Assembly: GCA_001824275.1 (NCBI GenBank)
Contig: MHWW01000002.1
Location: 13,266-77,265, forward strand
DNA: 64,000 bases
Origin: Candidatus Zambryskibacteria bacterium RIFOXYC1_FULL_39_10
GTDB taxonomy: Bacteria; Patescibacteriota; Minisyncoccia; Phycocordibacterales; WO2-35-19
Direction of reading: 5' to 3'
The position numbers and the translations under genes are program-made. The notes under the pieces are model-generated. The model made no database searches, was not told the DNA's origin, and was given only the letters and a program-made list of their open reading frames with translations. This document shows, piece by piece, positions 1 to 12,555 of the stretch (position 1 is its first letter; each line of letters starts with the position of its first letter).

Positions 1-258
1 TTTATCAATTTCTTCCAGAAACTTACGGCCATTTCTTTCACCAGGACTTTCCAGATGAACCACGGTGTAGGACTTGCCCTCTGACCAACGGGCATGAGAA
101 ACAACGAATCCGAAAGGAAGACCATCCAGGTCGATTATCGTGCCAGCCGATGGACAGAAAGTCATTTCGACTTCTTTGGTAAAAACTCCACCAAGTCTGT
201 TGGTGATACCACCCGATGGTGCTGTAACAAAAATGTCTACTGCAAACATCACTTTCAT
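1..258 (-). CDS. Hypothetical protein, 3' end runs off the window (MKVMFAVDIFVTAPSGG...)
   Basis: Manually read open frame from ATG at 258 to the window edge, preceded by a strong SD (GGAGGTGA). Not in the ORF track. Confidence 0.6.
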   Translation of the reverse strand, partial: MKVMFAVDIFVTAPSGGITNRLGGVFTKEVEMTFCPSAGTIIDLDGLPFGFVVSHARWSEGKSYTVVHLESPGERNGRKFLEEIDK

Positions 259-330
259 TTCTCTTCACCTCCACTTATATCAAATCATATTTTGGTAAAA
301 ATAGCAAGCCAGAGGGTAATTATGAAAAAA

Positions 331-394
331 TTAAATAATAGAGAATTCTTTGCCCGTTCGATTCGCTACGCTCTCTCAGGATAAAGAGTGCTAA
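331..394 (-). repeat. Hairpin insert plus duplicated 3' end (KEFSII*) of the upstream gene
   Basis: 331-351 reads AAA GAA TTC TCT ATT ATT TAA on the minus strand, versus the gene end AAG GAG TTC GCT ATA ATA TAA. A TCCTGAG..GCGTAGCGAATCGAA core lies between them. Confidence 0.5.
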
Positions 395-1078
395 TTATAT
401 TATAGCGAACTCCTTAAACACTGTCTCGTAGAGAGAGATGATGCGGCGGATTTCGCGTTGATTCACCATGAAGTTTTGACCTTCGTGGGCGATCATATTT
501 CTAAATTTGTGAGCCTCCCAAGCATTGTCGATTGTATTGAAATCACTTTTTTCTACGGCCTTCAGCTTCTCCCCCATTGTATCCCCCGGCAACTGCAACT
601 TTTCTAAAAGTTCATCGAGCATAATGTCGGCTTCGATAATGGCTAATCGCCAATCAGAAGAATTGGTTGATTCGGAATTGGCTACAACCTTTTCCCATCT
701 TTCTTGTAATTTACTTTTGGCTACCTCAGTATCTGAAGAAGGGTCTTTCATGTCTTCGGGAAATAGTTTGGCTTTTTCAGCACGCCAGACGGCGTCAGCT
801 TTTTTGGTAAGAGTAAAAGTACCAATCGCCGCGGCGCCCGCTATCACAAACCCTAAAGTTTTGAAAAATTGAATATTATTTTTGAAAAAATCGTAAATCC
901 CACTTATCCTATAACCAAAAAATGTGAGATCGCCGGAAGTAAAAAGACGAAAGATGGCTGGGATGAGACTCCCCACGATTGCCAATATAAAAAGTAAAAT
1001 AACCAGACCTTCAACAATATCAAAGCTCCATCCGGCCGGCTTTTCTTTTGGTTTTTCTTTTTTATCTTTTGGGGGCAT
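395..1078 (-). CDS. Hypothetical membrane protein (two TM segments, helical C-terminal domain)
   Basis: 227 aa ORF with hydrophobic N-terminal segments and a C-terminal WRLAIIEADIMLD...AWEAHKFRNMIAH motif. Confidence 0.7.
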   Translation of the reverse strand: MPPKDKKEKPKEKPAGWSFDIVEGLVILLFILAIVGSLIPAIFRLFTSGDLTFFGYRISGIYDFFKNNIQFFKTLGFVIAGAAAIGTFTLTKKADAVWRAEKAKLFPEDMKDPSSDTEVAKSKLQERWEKVVANSESTNSSDWRLAIIEADIMLDELLEKLQLPGDTMGEKLKAVEKSDFNTIDNAWEAHKFRNMIAHEGQNFMVNQREIRRIISLYETVFKEFAII

Positions 1079-1124
1079 GAGTTAAATTTTCAATTTAGAA
1101 TTTTCAATTTAGAATTTTCAATTT

Positions 1125-2537
1125 TCAATTTTCATTTAAAAACTTTTTGCCAATTTCAAATAAAATATTTTCATTACTGTGCGATGACATTAATTGTACA
1201 CCAAGTGGCATATTATTGGTTCTGGATAATCCAAAAGGCAAGGAGATGGCGGGGCAACCTACGATGTTGGCAGCAACAGTAAAAACATCGGCCAAATAAT
1301 TTTCTAGCGGAGTTTTTTTCTCCCCTATTTTCCAAGCGGGAAACGGAGTGGTCGGAGTGAGGATAGCGTCAACCTTTCCAAATGCATCTTTAAATTCTTC
1401 GCTGATTTTTTTGCGAGCCTGCATCGCTTTACCATAATACGAATCATAATATCCAGCTGAAAGTATGTAGGTTCCTAAAATAATTCTCCTTCGAGCTTCA
1501 CTGCCAAAACCTTCACCACGACTTTTTTTGTAAACTTCTAAAAGATTTTCCCCTTCCACTGACAAACCATATTTAATGCCATCAAATCTGGCAAGGTTTG
1601 ACGAAACTTCGGCCGGCATCACGATGTAATAAACCGCAAGCGCCTTGTCTATATTTGGAAGTGAAATGTCTTGTATCTCATAACCCAGATTTTTAAGTTT
1701 TTTAACTGATTCTTCAATATTTTTCTTGGTGTCTGCATCAATGCCGTCGCCGTCTAAAATGTGATAAGGAACTCCTATTTTAAAATTTTCAATTTTCAAT
1801 TTAGAATTTTCAATGTCAATGCTTGTACTGTCCATCTTGTCTTTGCCTTTGATGGTGTTGAAGATAATTTCGGCGTCAGAAACGGTTTTGGTAATAGGCC
1901 CTATGACATCAAGGGACGAGCCCATAGCCATGAGCCCATAACGGGAAACACTACCGTAGGTCGGCTTAAGGCCCACCATTCCGCAGAAACTAGCCGGCTC
2001 CCTCACCGAGCCGCCTGTGTCAGACCCAAGGGCCCCTAGAGCCATATTTCCGGCCACAGAGGCCGCCGAACCGCCACTTGAGCCTCCAGAGACCCTAGTC
2101 GGATCTAGAGGGTTTTTGGTCACCCCAAAGGCTGAATTTTCGGTCGAACCGCCCATGGCAAATTCATCCATATTGGTGCGTCCTAAAAATATGGCATTTT
2201 GGTCTAAAAGTTTTTGGGCGGCAGTAGCAGTATAAATGGCTCTATAATTTTCTAAAATCTTAGAAGCTGAGCTGGCCTTTTTGCCTCTTATTAAAATATT
2301 ATCTTTGATAGCCAAAGGAATACCAGTCAGCTCCCCCGCACCACCTGCATCAATAACTTTTTGCGCCTCTTCAGCATTTTTCAAAACATCATCATAAACT
2401 TCCAAAAAAACATTGAGCTCTTTATTTTTATCATTTATATTTTCCAAATAAAATTTGGCAAGTTCAACAGCCCCAAGCTCTTTGGAATCTAAAAGTGTTC
2501 TAGCTTTTTGTATTGTTAAATTTGATAATTCTGACAT
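1125..2537 (-). CDS. gatA: Asp/Glu-tRNA amidotransferase subunit A
   Basis: Amidase signature GGSSGGSAA, GSDTGGSVREPA, AEVSSNLARFDG. Confidence 0.97.
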   Translation of the reverse strand: MSELSNLTIQKARTLLDSKELGAVELAKFYLENINDKNKELNVFLEVYDDVLKNAEEAQKVIDAGGAGELTGIPLAIKDNILIRGKKASSASKILENYRAIYTATAAQKLLDQNAIFLGRTNMDEFAMGGSTENSAFGVTKNPLDPTRVSGGSSGGSAASVAGNMALGALGSDTGGSVREPASFCGMVGLKPTYGSVSRYGLMAMGSSLDVIGPITKTVSDAEIIFNTIKGKDKMDSTSIDIENSKLKIENFKIGVPYHILDGDGIDADTKKNIEESVKKLKNLGYEIQDISLPNIDKALAVYYIVMPAEVSSNLARFDGIKYGLSVEGENLLEVYKKSRGEGFGSEARRRIILGTYILSAGYYDSYYGKAMQARKKISEEFKDAFGKVDAILTPTTPFPAWKIGEKKTPLENYLADVFTVAANIVGCPAISLPFGLSRTNNMPLGVQLMSSHSNENILFEIGKKFLNEN

Positions 2538-2578
2538 TGGAAATTTATTGAAAATTGTAAATTAAAAATTGAAAATTC

Positions 2579-2917
2579 TTACAGTATCTTCTTAACCTTC
2601 AAATATCCATTTTCTTTATTTGGAAATTCTCTTAAAACATCGTCGGTATAATTGCCCGACTCATTTGGGTTTTGGTCTTCTCTGAAAACATTCATAACGC
2701 CCCCCTTGAAAAGCTCCACGTTTTCGCTTTCCAACCCTCTTACAACAAGAGGGGGGTTCTCGGACACTTCATTTTCATCTGAATGAAAATTTTGAATGAT
2801 TTTCACATAATCCAAAATAGAGTCCATCTCATGAGCAAGACTTTCTACCTCTTTTTCTGGTATTTCTATCCTGGCCAAATCAGCCAATTTTATTATTTCT
2901 TCTTTGGTAATCGCCAT
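2579..2917 (-). CDS. gatC: Asp/Glu-tRNA amidotransferase subunit C, with an internal insertion
   Basis: ITKEEIIKLADLARI...NVFRED...YLKVKKIL; directly upstream of gatA. Confidence 0.92.
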   Translation of the reverse strand: MAITKEEIIKLADLARIEIPEKEVESLAHEMDSILDYVKIIQNFHSDENEVSENPPLVVRGLESENVELFKGGVMNVFREDQNPNESGNYTDDVLREFPNKENGYLKVKKIL

Positions 2918-3000
2918 GGTTCAATAATAACATTTATTTTACTGTTTTCCATTATTTGCAGAAACAAAAATTTAATCGTATAGTCTTTATGGAGATACCT

Positions 3001-5425
<2,425 letters not shown>

Positions 5426-5436
5426 CTATCACAAAT

Positions 5437-5955
5437 TTAATAAGTCACCTCGATGCCTCTCTCTACCCTCCTGGGATTGGTCATCTCGCAGGTGTTATAA
5501 CCGCGAGATTTGATATAGGTCATAAGATTTACGCCCGAATAATACTTTCTGACAGTCACCACTGCACAAGGTGATGAGACTACGGATTGATCCATTAAAA
5601 AACTAAAACGACTTGTCGGATCGCTATCTCCCCCTAATCCAATAAGTCCTTGTACGGTCGTTGTCCCATAAAGATTTTGCCCACTAACCACTCCACTGCC
5701 CGCACAATAAACAGTATTATCAAGAAGCAAAGGATGAGAAGAAGTTGAAAATGCATCGTATTTGGAATCCCAATAGAGAGCGCATTCCAGCCCGCTATCT
5801 GCGGCATAAAAAGCAAATTGAGAATCTCGGCCGGAAGTGGCAAAGAGAGAGCCTTTGATAGCGACATTTACTACAGCGAAACTGATAAACAGCAAAACTC
5901 CCATAATACTTACCGCTATAAATAATGTCATGCCTTTATTTTTTATCATATCCAA
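5437..5955 (-). CDS. PilX-like minor pilin
   Basis: KG/MTLFIAV pilin N-terminus lacking Glu5; AFYAADSGLECALY motif. Confidence 0.75.
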   Translation of the reverse strand: MDMIKNKGMTLFIAVSIMGVLLFISFAVVNVAIKGSLFATSGRDSQFAFYAADSGLECALYWDSKYDAFSTSSHPLLLDNTVYCAGSGVVSGQNLYGTTTVQGLIGLGGDSDPTSRFSFLMDQSVVSSPCAVVTVRKYYSGVNLMTYIKSRGYNTCEMTNPRRVERGIEVTY

Positions 5956-6512
5956 TCATGTAAGAGAGTTTTAAATTCAAAACTTCTTGTTATTATACCT
6001 TTGGTCCAATAAATTTTGACGGTGATTTTGATTTCATTTGGGTCTGTTGATGGCTCAATCTTTATTTCTCTTTTGAAATTAGTATTTGTGCCAGAAGTAT
6101 AGGAATACAAAAAAGTACTTTGATCTTGTTTTAAGACAGGACACGATTCCCAATTATCTCCACAAAGAGTCAAAGAATGCGCAACCACATCAGCTCGGCA
6201 AACCTTATTGGGCGGACAATTTGGAGCGTCAGTTATCCCAGATAGCCAACTATCTGCGCCGCCATTCATAAATACAAGTTGATTATTGTCTCTTTTATTT
6301 CTAATTAATTCTACCGCTTCTTGAGCTAAATAAAAGGCTTTGACTTCATCTTTGGCAATTATTGACTGGGATAGGCCTTGCTGGACGGCTGAAAAAGCAC
6401 CTGATATTGCAAGCGACAATATCATTACCGCCACAATAGATTCAAGCACCGTGAAGCCGCTCCGCGGATTTTTATTGAAAATTGAAAATTTAAAATTGAA
6501 AATTTTACTCAT
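5946..6512 (-). CDS. PilV-like minor pilin
   Basis: SG/FTVLESIVA prepilin motif; AFYLAQEAVELIR. Confidence 0.8.
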   Translation of the reverse strand: MSKIFNFKFSIFNKNPRSGFTVLESIVAVMILSLAISGAFSAVQQGLSQSIIAKDEVKAFYLAQEAVELIRNKRDNNQLVFMNGGADSWLSGITDAPNCPPNKVCRADVVAHSLTLCGDNWESCPVLKQDQSTFLYSYTSGTNTNFKREIKIEPSTDPNEIKITVKIYWTKGIITRSFEFKTLLHDWI

Positions 6513-6513
6513 A

Positions 6514-7059
6514 TTATATATCTAGTTGTCTTTGGGACATTAAGGTTTGGATTGTAAATGAAGATTGAGTGGTAGCCTTATTGCCCACATAACCTTTTAT
6601 AACCGCAATTACATATGGCTGTTCGCCCCCAGTGTCGGAATCAAAAACATAAAATCTTAAGTATTGAATTTTTGTGTCTGGAGAAGTAATGTCCGAATAT
6701 GTAGAGCCCCCATTTTCTGATTTTTGAATAGGGTCATTTATCCCGCCGTTCCAGCGATATATTATCCTGGTGTTATTAAAAGTAATAGAAAGAGCATTCC
6801 CACCATTTGAACAATTGCTGGTGCTTGTCAAACCTGAAGAAATGCCACAATAATAACTACCTCCAAATCTTACATTGCGAGCCATACTCTCAATAGAAAG
6901 ATTGAGATTGTCTACCACGGTTTTAGTTGATTGTGCTCTTCTGTGAGCGTCAAAAATGCTGAGTACTGCTCCAATGGAAAAAGATGCAATAACTGTAAAA
7001 AGTGTCACCGCAATGATGAGCTCGACGAGAGTGAATCCTTTTTTAAATATATTTTTCAT
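6514..7059 (-). CDS. PilW-like minor pilin
   Basis: KG/FTLVELIIA prepilin motif. Confidence 0.8.
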   Translation of the reverse strand: MKNIFKKGFTLVELIIAVTLFTVIASFSIGAVLSIFDAHRRAQSTKTVVDNLNLSIESMARNVRFGGSYYCGISSGLTSTSNCSNGGNALSITFNNTRIIYRWNGGINDPIQKSENGGSTYSDITSPDTKIQYLRFYVFDSDTGGEQPYVIAVIKGYVGNKATTQSSFTIQTLMSQRQLDI

Positions 7060-7064
7060 TATGT

Positions 7065-7760
7065 TTATGGTTCTCCTTCACCTGTAGATATTTGACCGTT
7101 TTTTTCAACTTTTACAAAATAGACCTTACCTTTAGGTGATTTTAACAAAATTATAGCCGGAGGAACCTTGACCGAACCTTCTACAATTACATTGGCCGTA
7201 GATTCTGGTCGTAAAAATGATATATGTATCGCACTCATACTTTCACCAGTATCAAAAGCACATTTTTTTACACCACCACTATCATTGGCACAAAAATCAT
7301 CTATTATAACGCCTCTCTTTAAAAAAATTTCTGGTCCTACTTCATGATCCACACCTACCTCATATATTTTATCTCCATCCGCATCGGCAAAAAATATAAA
7401 TTTATCAATGGCACTATTACCATCAGCATCATTTACTTTCCTGATTGAAATACCATAGCCAACATTAAACTTATCGCCAGAACTCGATGTATCTTCTTTT
7501 ACTCCCAAACTATATATTTGAGCTTGGCGGATCATCAGGGCTAAATCATATGCCTGAGTGCTCACTGCTAAATTATCATTCCATTTAGCTTGTTGAAAAA
7601 CCAATGCAGTCGTTATGATGGTTGCAATAGTAATGACGACTATAAGCTCGGTTAGTGTAAACCCGGACACCAAAGATTTTGGTGTGTGGGTAAACCCCGC
7701 CTGCTTCGCAGGAATTTTCAATTTCCAATTTTCAATTTTTAATTTAAAAAAATAGTTCAT
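7065..7760 (-). CDS. FimT/GspH-like minor pilin
   Basis: SG/FTLTELIVV prepilin motif; the leader carries a duplicated GFT. Confidence 0.75.
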   Translation of the reverse strand: MNYFFKLKIENWKLKIPAKQAGFTHTPKSLVSGFTLTELIVVITIATIITTALVFQQAKWNDNLAVSTQAYDLALMIRQAQIYSLGVKEDTSSSGDKFNVGYGISIRKVNDADGNSAIDKFIFFADADGDKIYEVGVDHEVGPEIFLKRGVIIDDFCANDSGGVKKCAFDTGESMSAIHISFLRPESTANVIVEGSVKVPPAIILLKSPKGKVYFVKVEKNGQISTGEGEP

Positions 7761-8562
7761 TTATGTGAAATAAGTCTTGACTCAAATAAAAACTGACGAT
7801 AATACCCAGAGAAAGGAAAGGTCCAAAAGGAATCTCTGATTTAATTGTAAGATTATTTTTAAGTAGAGGCAAACTAGTGTGCGATGCGATTTTCCTTAAG
7901 GCAAGCGCAGTCAGAGAAAAAGCAGCTCCAATCCAAAACGAGAGGACTACGGCCGATAAGCCTTGAGTAAAACCGAGGAAAAACCCGATTAACGCAATAT
8001 ACTTCACATCACCAAACCCAAGCCAGGTGCCCTTGGAAATGAGGAAGATGAGAAGGAAAGGAAGGGTAAGCAGAAGACCAGAAAGTAAAGATTGAAAGAT
8101 TGAAAGATTGAAAATTAAAATATATGAGAAAGAAAAAACAAACAAGACAGACAAAAAAGAGTCGGGAATGATGGAGTGTTTGAGGTCATAGACAGAAATC
8201 AAAAGAATGATAGAGAAAATAGACAAGATTATTAAAAGATTGAAAGATTGAAAGATTGAAAGATTTTCAAAAGACATTCCAGATTTAAAAAAGGCCAGCA
8301 CAGCCAATATCCCCATGAGTATTTCGACAAAAAAAGTCTCAATTGGGATTTTTGATTGGCAATATCGACATCGGCCTTTTAGAAAAAGAAATGAAAAAAT
8401 GGGAAATAAGTCGCCTTTTTTGAGCTGAGCATTGCAAGAAAAACAAATTGAGCGACCTTTGGTCCAAGGTAGCCCTGTGTTATAACGACTCCCAATTACA
8501 GCGACAAAACTGCCTAAACCTGCTCCAAACAAAAATATGAGTGTTAAGAAAAAATATGACAT
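7744..8562 (-). CDS. pilD: Prepilin peptidase (A24)
   Basis: RSICFSC...GRCRYC zinc motifs, YDLKH, GFGDVK, IPFGPFL. Confidence 0.93.
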   Translation of the reverse strand: MSYFFLTLIFLFGAGLGSFVAVIGSRYNTGLPWTKGRSICFSCNAQLKKGDLFPIFSFLFLKGRCRYCQSKIPIETFFVEILMGILAVLAFFKSGMSFENLSIFQSFNLLIILSIFSIILLISVYDLKHSIIPDSFLSVLFVFSFSYILIFNLSIFQSLLSGLLLTLPFLLIFLISKGTWLGFGDVKYIALIGFFLGFTQGLSAVVLSFWIGAAFSLTALALRKIASHTSLPLLKNNLTIKSEIPFGPFLSLGIIVSFYLSQDLFHINELFF

Positions 8563-8582
8563 TTATTGTTTATATAATAACA

Positions 8583-8608
8583 CAAAACCCCGCCATAGCG
8601 GGGTTTTG
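8583..8608 (-). terminator. Intrinsic terminator after the major pilin gene
   Basis: CAAAACCCCGC-CATA-GCGGGGTTTTG perfect stem. Confidence 0.75.
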
Positions 8609-8637
8609 ATGTTTTGTTTTAAGAAACCTTCAGCGAA

Positions 8638-9087
8638 TTAGTTACAGACAGTGTCGCCCGCAAGAAGAGGAGCATCTATAAATTTAGAAGCCCCCGTAGA
8701 GTCAACACACCAGTTGTCGTTGGTACCCGCTGTTGTTCCTGGCAACACTGCAGATACAGCATAAGTTGCCGGTGAGGCAATTGCGTGACATGCCAATGTG
8801 GCACCAGTTGGGTAATTTGCTTGTGTAGTGTATGTAGCCATACCGGAACCAGTGTCCGCAAACATTGCAGCTGTACATAAATCTGTAGTGGCTCCGTAAC
8901 TACCGTTTGTGTCATAATAAAGCTCTGCTGAAGCTCTAAGACCAGACAATTGAGCTTTGACTTTGGCATCATTGCCTCGGCCACGGGCTGTGTTTAAGGA
9001 AGCTAATACAACTGATGACAAGATACCAATAATTGCGATAACAACGAGAAGTTCAATAAGTGTGAATCCTTTTTTATTTTTAAACAT
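8638..9087 (-). CDS. Type IV pilin, probably the major pilin
   Basis: KG/FTLIELLVVIAIIGILSSVVLASL; C-terminal Cys pairs (WCVDS); own leader and terminator. Confidence 0.88.
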   Translation of the reverse strand: MFKNKKGFTLIELLVVIAIIGILSSVVLASLNTARGRGNDAKVKAQLSGLRASAELYYDTNGSYGATTDLCTAAMFADTGSGMATYTTQANYPTGATLACHAIASPATYAVSAVLPGTTAGTNDNWCVDSTGASKFIDAPLLAGDTVCN

Positions 9088-9279
9088 TTTTTTAAATTGA
9101 AATTAACTAATTTCTCTCTCGAGAGAGAAGCTTGATTTTGATCGACCTTATTTTTACCACTCAAGCCTTGATTAATATTATAAACAAAGGATATATTTTG
9201 TGTAAAGAATATGTGGATAACCCCCACACCTTTCATTTTATAAAAAATGATAGGTGTGGGGGCGGACCCCTTTAATCTC

Positions 9280-9807
9280 TTATTTCGTGCCTTGGACTAA
9301 GATAGAAATAGTGCGTTCCCTGTCGTGATCAAGCTCTACTAGCATTATTTGTTGCCACTGCCCTTTGAGTAATTTGCCATCTTTGACGATACAAGAGAGG
9401 CTTGGGTGAATCAAAAGAGCCTGAGCATGAGCGTGGCCGTTGATACATTCATGTATCACCCCGTTTTCATCAGGTTCACAAAGATGAGTATTGCGTTTAC
9501 CATTCTGATTTTGGGTATCACAAATATCATTGTGGTTGTATTCATTCATGGGGCTAGCAAAATTGTCCAAAATCTTTCGCAGATCCGCGGCATAACCGAG
9601 CTCCTCGGATGGGCCAATCAGGTTTTTTTCGTCTTCGTTTATCCAAACGCCACAAGTGGTATGGTGAGTTTGGATAGTCACTGTCCCCTGATTTACACCG
9701 GATTTGCTTATCGCCTCTTCAATATCGGGAGATATGTTGATGAAGTGGGCTCGGTATTTAGTTTTATACACGCGAGTATCCAAATATGATACAAATTCTT
9801 GATTCAT
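9280..9807 (-). CDS. YjbQ/UPF0047 family protein
   Basis: HTTCG..INE, NGHAH, GQWQQIMLVELD motifs. Confidence 0.85.
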   Translation of the reverse strand: MNQEFVSYLDTRVYKTKYRAHFINISPDIEEAISKSGVNQGTVTIQTHHTTCGVWINEDEKNLIGPSEELGYAADLRKILDNFASPMNEYNHNDICDTQNQNGKRNTHLCEPDENGVIHECINGHAHAQALLIHPSLSCIVKDGKLLKGQWQQIMLVELDHDRERTISILVQGTK

Positions 9808-9828
9808 ACAATGTAATTATAATTAAGA

Positions 9829-10278
9829 TTAAAATGGGCAGGCGGTTACAGAGTTGCCTATCTCTCCTGATACCGCACGAGAAGCCCCTTTACTATCTAC
9901 GCACCAATACTCATTGCCAGAGAAAAGAGTGGCCTTAATAGCAAAAGCATCCTTTTGTGAACCGCATTTTAGCTGAGTAAAGGTGGGCAAAATAGCAGGA
10001 TCAATGTAGCGGCCCGGAGCTCCATTGGCGGGTTCAAGATTAACAAAAATACCAGCAGTGCAAATATTGATGACATTATCGCTCTCTTCATATCCGCCAT
10101 TATTTAAATAATATATTTCTGCAGCAGTACGAAAGCTCGCGAGTTGCTGTGTGACTTTTGAATCATAGGCCCTTGCTCTCGATGTTGAAAGACTATTTAA
10201 AACAATAGTCGATAAAAGAGCAATGATAGTAATCACTATGAGTAATTCTACTAATGAAAATCCTAAATTTTTCTTCAT
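9829..10278 (-). CDS. Type IV pilin-like protein
   Basis: LG/FSLVELLIVI; YWCVDSKG. Confidence 0.85.
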   Translation of the reverse strand: MKKNLGFSLVELLIVITIIALLSTIVLNSLSTSRARAYDSKVTQQLASFRTAAEIYYLNNGGYEESDNVINICTAGIFVNLEPANGAPGRYIDPAILPTFTQLKCGSQKDAFAIKATLFSGNEYWCVDSKGASRAVSGEIGNSVTACPF

Positions 10279-10285
10279 ATTTATA

Positions 10286-11500
10286 TTATGACACGCCGCC
10301 GGCAATATTATAAATCGGCATTAATACCGAAGCCAAAAGGATACCCACGCCAATACCCAACGCCACAATCATAGCTGGTTCAATCATACTCACCAATGTG
10401 TCTACCGCCCCAATAACTTCTCTTTGATAAAACTTGGACATCGTTTTCAAAATATTACCCAATTCTCCAGACTCTTCTCCTGCTTTTATCATTTGAATCA
10501 AAACATTTGGGATTTCATCTCTGTCACCGAGCGCAACTGAAAGCGCTTGTCCGGCCTTAACTTTAGTCAAAGCTTCATCTAATACCTCTTTGTATATTTC
10601 ATTATCAATCACTGAAGATGTGACTTCAATTGCTTTGAGCATTGGAATACCTGAAAGAACCATCGTACTCATATTGTCAGAAAAACGGGAAAGATACAAT
10701 TTCCTATAAAGATCACCTACATAAGGCACATAAAGTCTGGCATTTGAAATCCATCTTCGTCCTTCGTTGGTGCTACTATACCAAAAAATTCCCCCAATCA
10801 AGGCGACCAACCCCATAATCATAAAAATCCAATTGTTTACAAACAAATCACTCACCCAAAACACCATTTTGGTATAAAAAGGTACTTCTTGTCCAGACTC
10901 TTTGATGATTAACCCAATCTTTGGCACAATCACTGTAAACATCAGGACCATCACTGCAATGAATGTGAAAATAACAAAGGCTGGATATATCAAAGCATTT
11001 TTAGCCTTGGAAGAAATCTCATAATTGCGGTCCATATAATCGGCTAGATACGCAAATGACTGATCAATATGACCAGACTCTTCTCCTGCCTTAATCATGT
11101 TGACATAAAAATCGGAAAAAATGTCAGGATGTTTAGCCAAAGCTCCGGAAATAGAAGATCCTCCTTGTAAATCATCTACAATTTGGAGCATATGCTTCCG
11201 AAGTGTAATATTTTCTGTTTCGGTACCAATTAGTCTAAAAATTTTTAAAGCTGAAACTTGCGCTTCAAATAGCGTAGACATTTGTCTGGAAAGAATCACT
11301 ATTTCTTTATTGGAAACTCGGTTTAAGAAAGGAATTTTTTTGAGAATGTCACCATCGTCGTTTTCATCTTTGGGTTTGACTGATGAGACCGCGAGCCCCC
11401 TCCTTTGAAGTGATGAAATAGCTGCGTCTATACTAAAAGCCTCAATTTCGCCCTCCTCTCTTTCTCCCTCTTTATTGATTGTCTTATATGAAAAAAGCAT
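10286..11500 (-). CDS. pilC: Type IV pilus inner-membrane platform protein (PilC/GspF)
   Basis: Two T2SSF repeats (AGEESG twice), ALIYP, IEP. Confidence 0.93.
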   Translation of the reverse strand: MLFSYKTINKEGEREEGEIEAFSIDAAISSLQRRGLAVSSVKPKDENDDGDILKKIPFLNRVSNKEIVILSRQMSTLFEAQVSALKIFRLIGTETENITLRKHMLQIVDDLQGGSSISGALAKHPDIFSDFYVNMIKAGEESGHIDQSFAYLADYMDRNYEISSKAKNALIYPAFVIFTFIAVMVLMFTVIVPKIGLIIKESGQEVPFYTKMVFWVSDLFVNNWIFMIMGLVALIGGIFWYSSTNEGRRWISNARLYVPYVGDLYRKLYLSRFSDNMSTMVLSGIPMLKAIEVTSSVIDNEIYKEVLDEALTKVKAGQALSVALGDRDEIPNVLIQMIKAGEESGELGNILKTMSKFYQREVIGAVDTLVSMIEPAMIVALGIGVGILLASVLMPIYNIAGGVS

Positions 11501-11504
11501 GGTA

Positions 11505-12554
11505 CTACAATAATTTTTCTAGAGAGCGTGGATTGGATGAATAAAGATACGCATTTTCTACACTTATTTCACCTTTGTTAACCTTATCTACCAAGCACCT
11601 ATTGAAATCTATCATCCCCTCCGCAGAACTAGTTTCAATAACTGTATTTAACTCATGAGTTCTTTTGTCTCTAATAAGATTTGAAACAGCTGTGTTGTTT
11701 ATCATAAGCTCGTATGCAGGAGTGAGCCCTCCTGATATCTTGGGAATTAGTCTCTGAGAAAAGATACCTGACAGCGAAGCGGCCAACTGAATACGGATTT
11801 GATTTTGCTGAGTCGAATTGAATGAATCAATGATACGATCTACAGTTTGAGCCACATTGTTAGTATGGAGTGTTGAAAAAACCAAATGTCCGGTTTCCGC
11901 CGCAGAGACTGCGGTTGAGATGGTGTCGGCATCTCTCATTTCTCCAACCATAATCACATTGACATCGGCCCTAAACGAATCGTGTAAGGCCGAACCAAAA
12001 CTTGGTGTGTCTATCCCAACCTCTCGCTGGTGAATAATAGATTTTTGGGCAGTAAAGAGATATTCAATCGGATCTTCAATAGTTATAATATTTTCCAATC
12101 TTTCGCTATTGATAGTTTCAATCATCGAGGCCAAAGTAGTTGACTTGCCATGACCAGTCGGCCCAACTACCAAAAAGAATCCTGATTTTAATCTGGCGAA
12201 GTATCCCAAGCTTTCCGGCAAATTCAACTGTGCGAGTGTCGGAATATTTTTGGAAATGTGGCGCAAAGTCATACAAAGTTTTTGCTGATCTAGATAGACA
12301 TGGGCCCTAAATCTTTCGCCTTTATGGTTGTAAGCGAAATCAGCACTTTGCGATACTTTAAATGCCTCTTTTTTTAAATCCGAAAGGACGGCTTTGATGA
12401 TATTTTCCATCACCGTCCTAGTAAATTTTGAATATTTGGTAAGTGGCACCAATTGACCAGAAACACGAATATACGGGTTTCTGTTTTCAGAAATATGCAA
12501 ATCTGAGGCTCCCTCTTTTATTATGAGTTCTATAAGTGTATCTAAATCTTCCAT
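11505..12554 (-). CDS. pilT: Pilus retraction ATPase
   Basis: ASDLH, GPTGHGKSTT, TIEDPIE, VGEMRD, AETGHLVFSTLHT. Confidence 0.93.
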   Translation of the reverse strand: MEDLDTLIELIIKEGASDLHISENRNPYIRVSGQLVPLTKYSKFTRTVMENIIKAVLSDLKKEAFKVSQSADFAYNHKGERFRAHVYLDQQKLCMTLRHISKNIPTLAQLNLPESLGYFARLKSGFFLVVGPTGHGKSTTLASMIETINSERLENIITIEDPIEYLFTAQKSIIHQREVGIDTPSFGSALHDSFRADVNVIMVGEMRDADTISTAVSAAETGHLVFSTLHTNNVAQTVDRIIDSFNSTQQNQIRIQLAASLSGIFSQRLIPKISGGLTPAYELMINNTAVSNLIRDKRTHELNTVIETSSAEGMIDFNRCLVDKVNKGEISVENAYLYSSNPRSLEKLL

Positions 12555-12555
12555 A

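Noticed and set aside
38-384. ORF-track entries 38..274 (-) and 94..384 (+)
   Set aside because: These are shadow frames; the SD-preceded frame starting at 258 on the minus strand is more plausible.
9212-9220. DnaA box TGTGGATAA suggesting a replication origin
   Set aside because: It is a single perfect box with no cluster and no dnaA or dnaN nearby.
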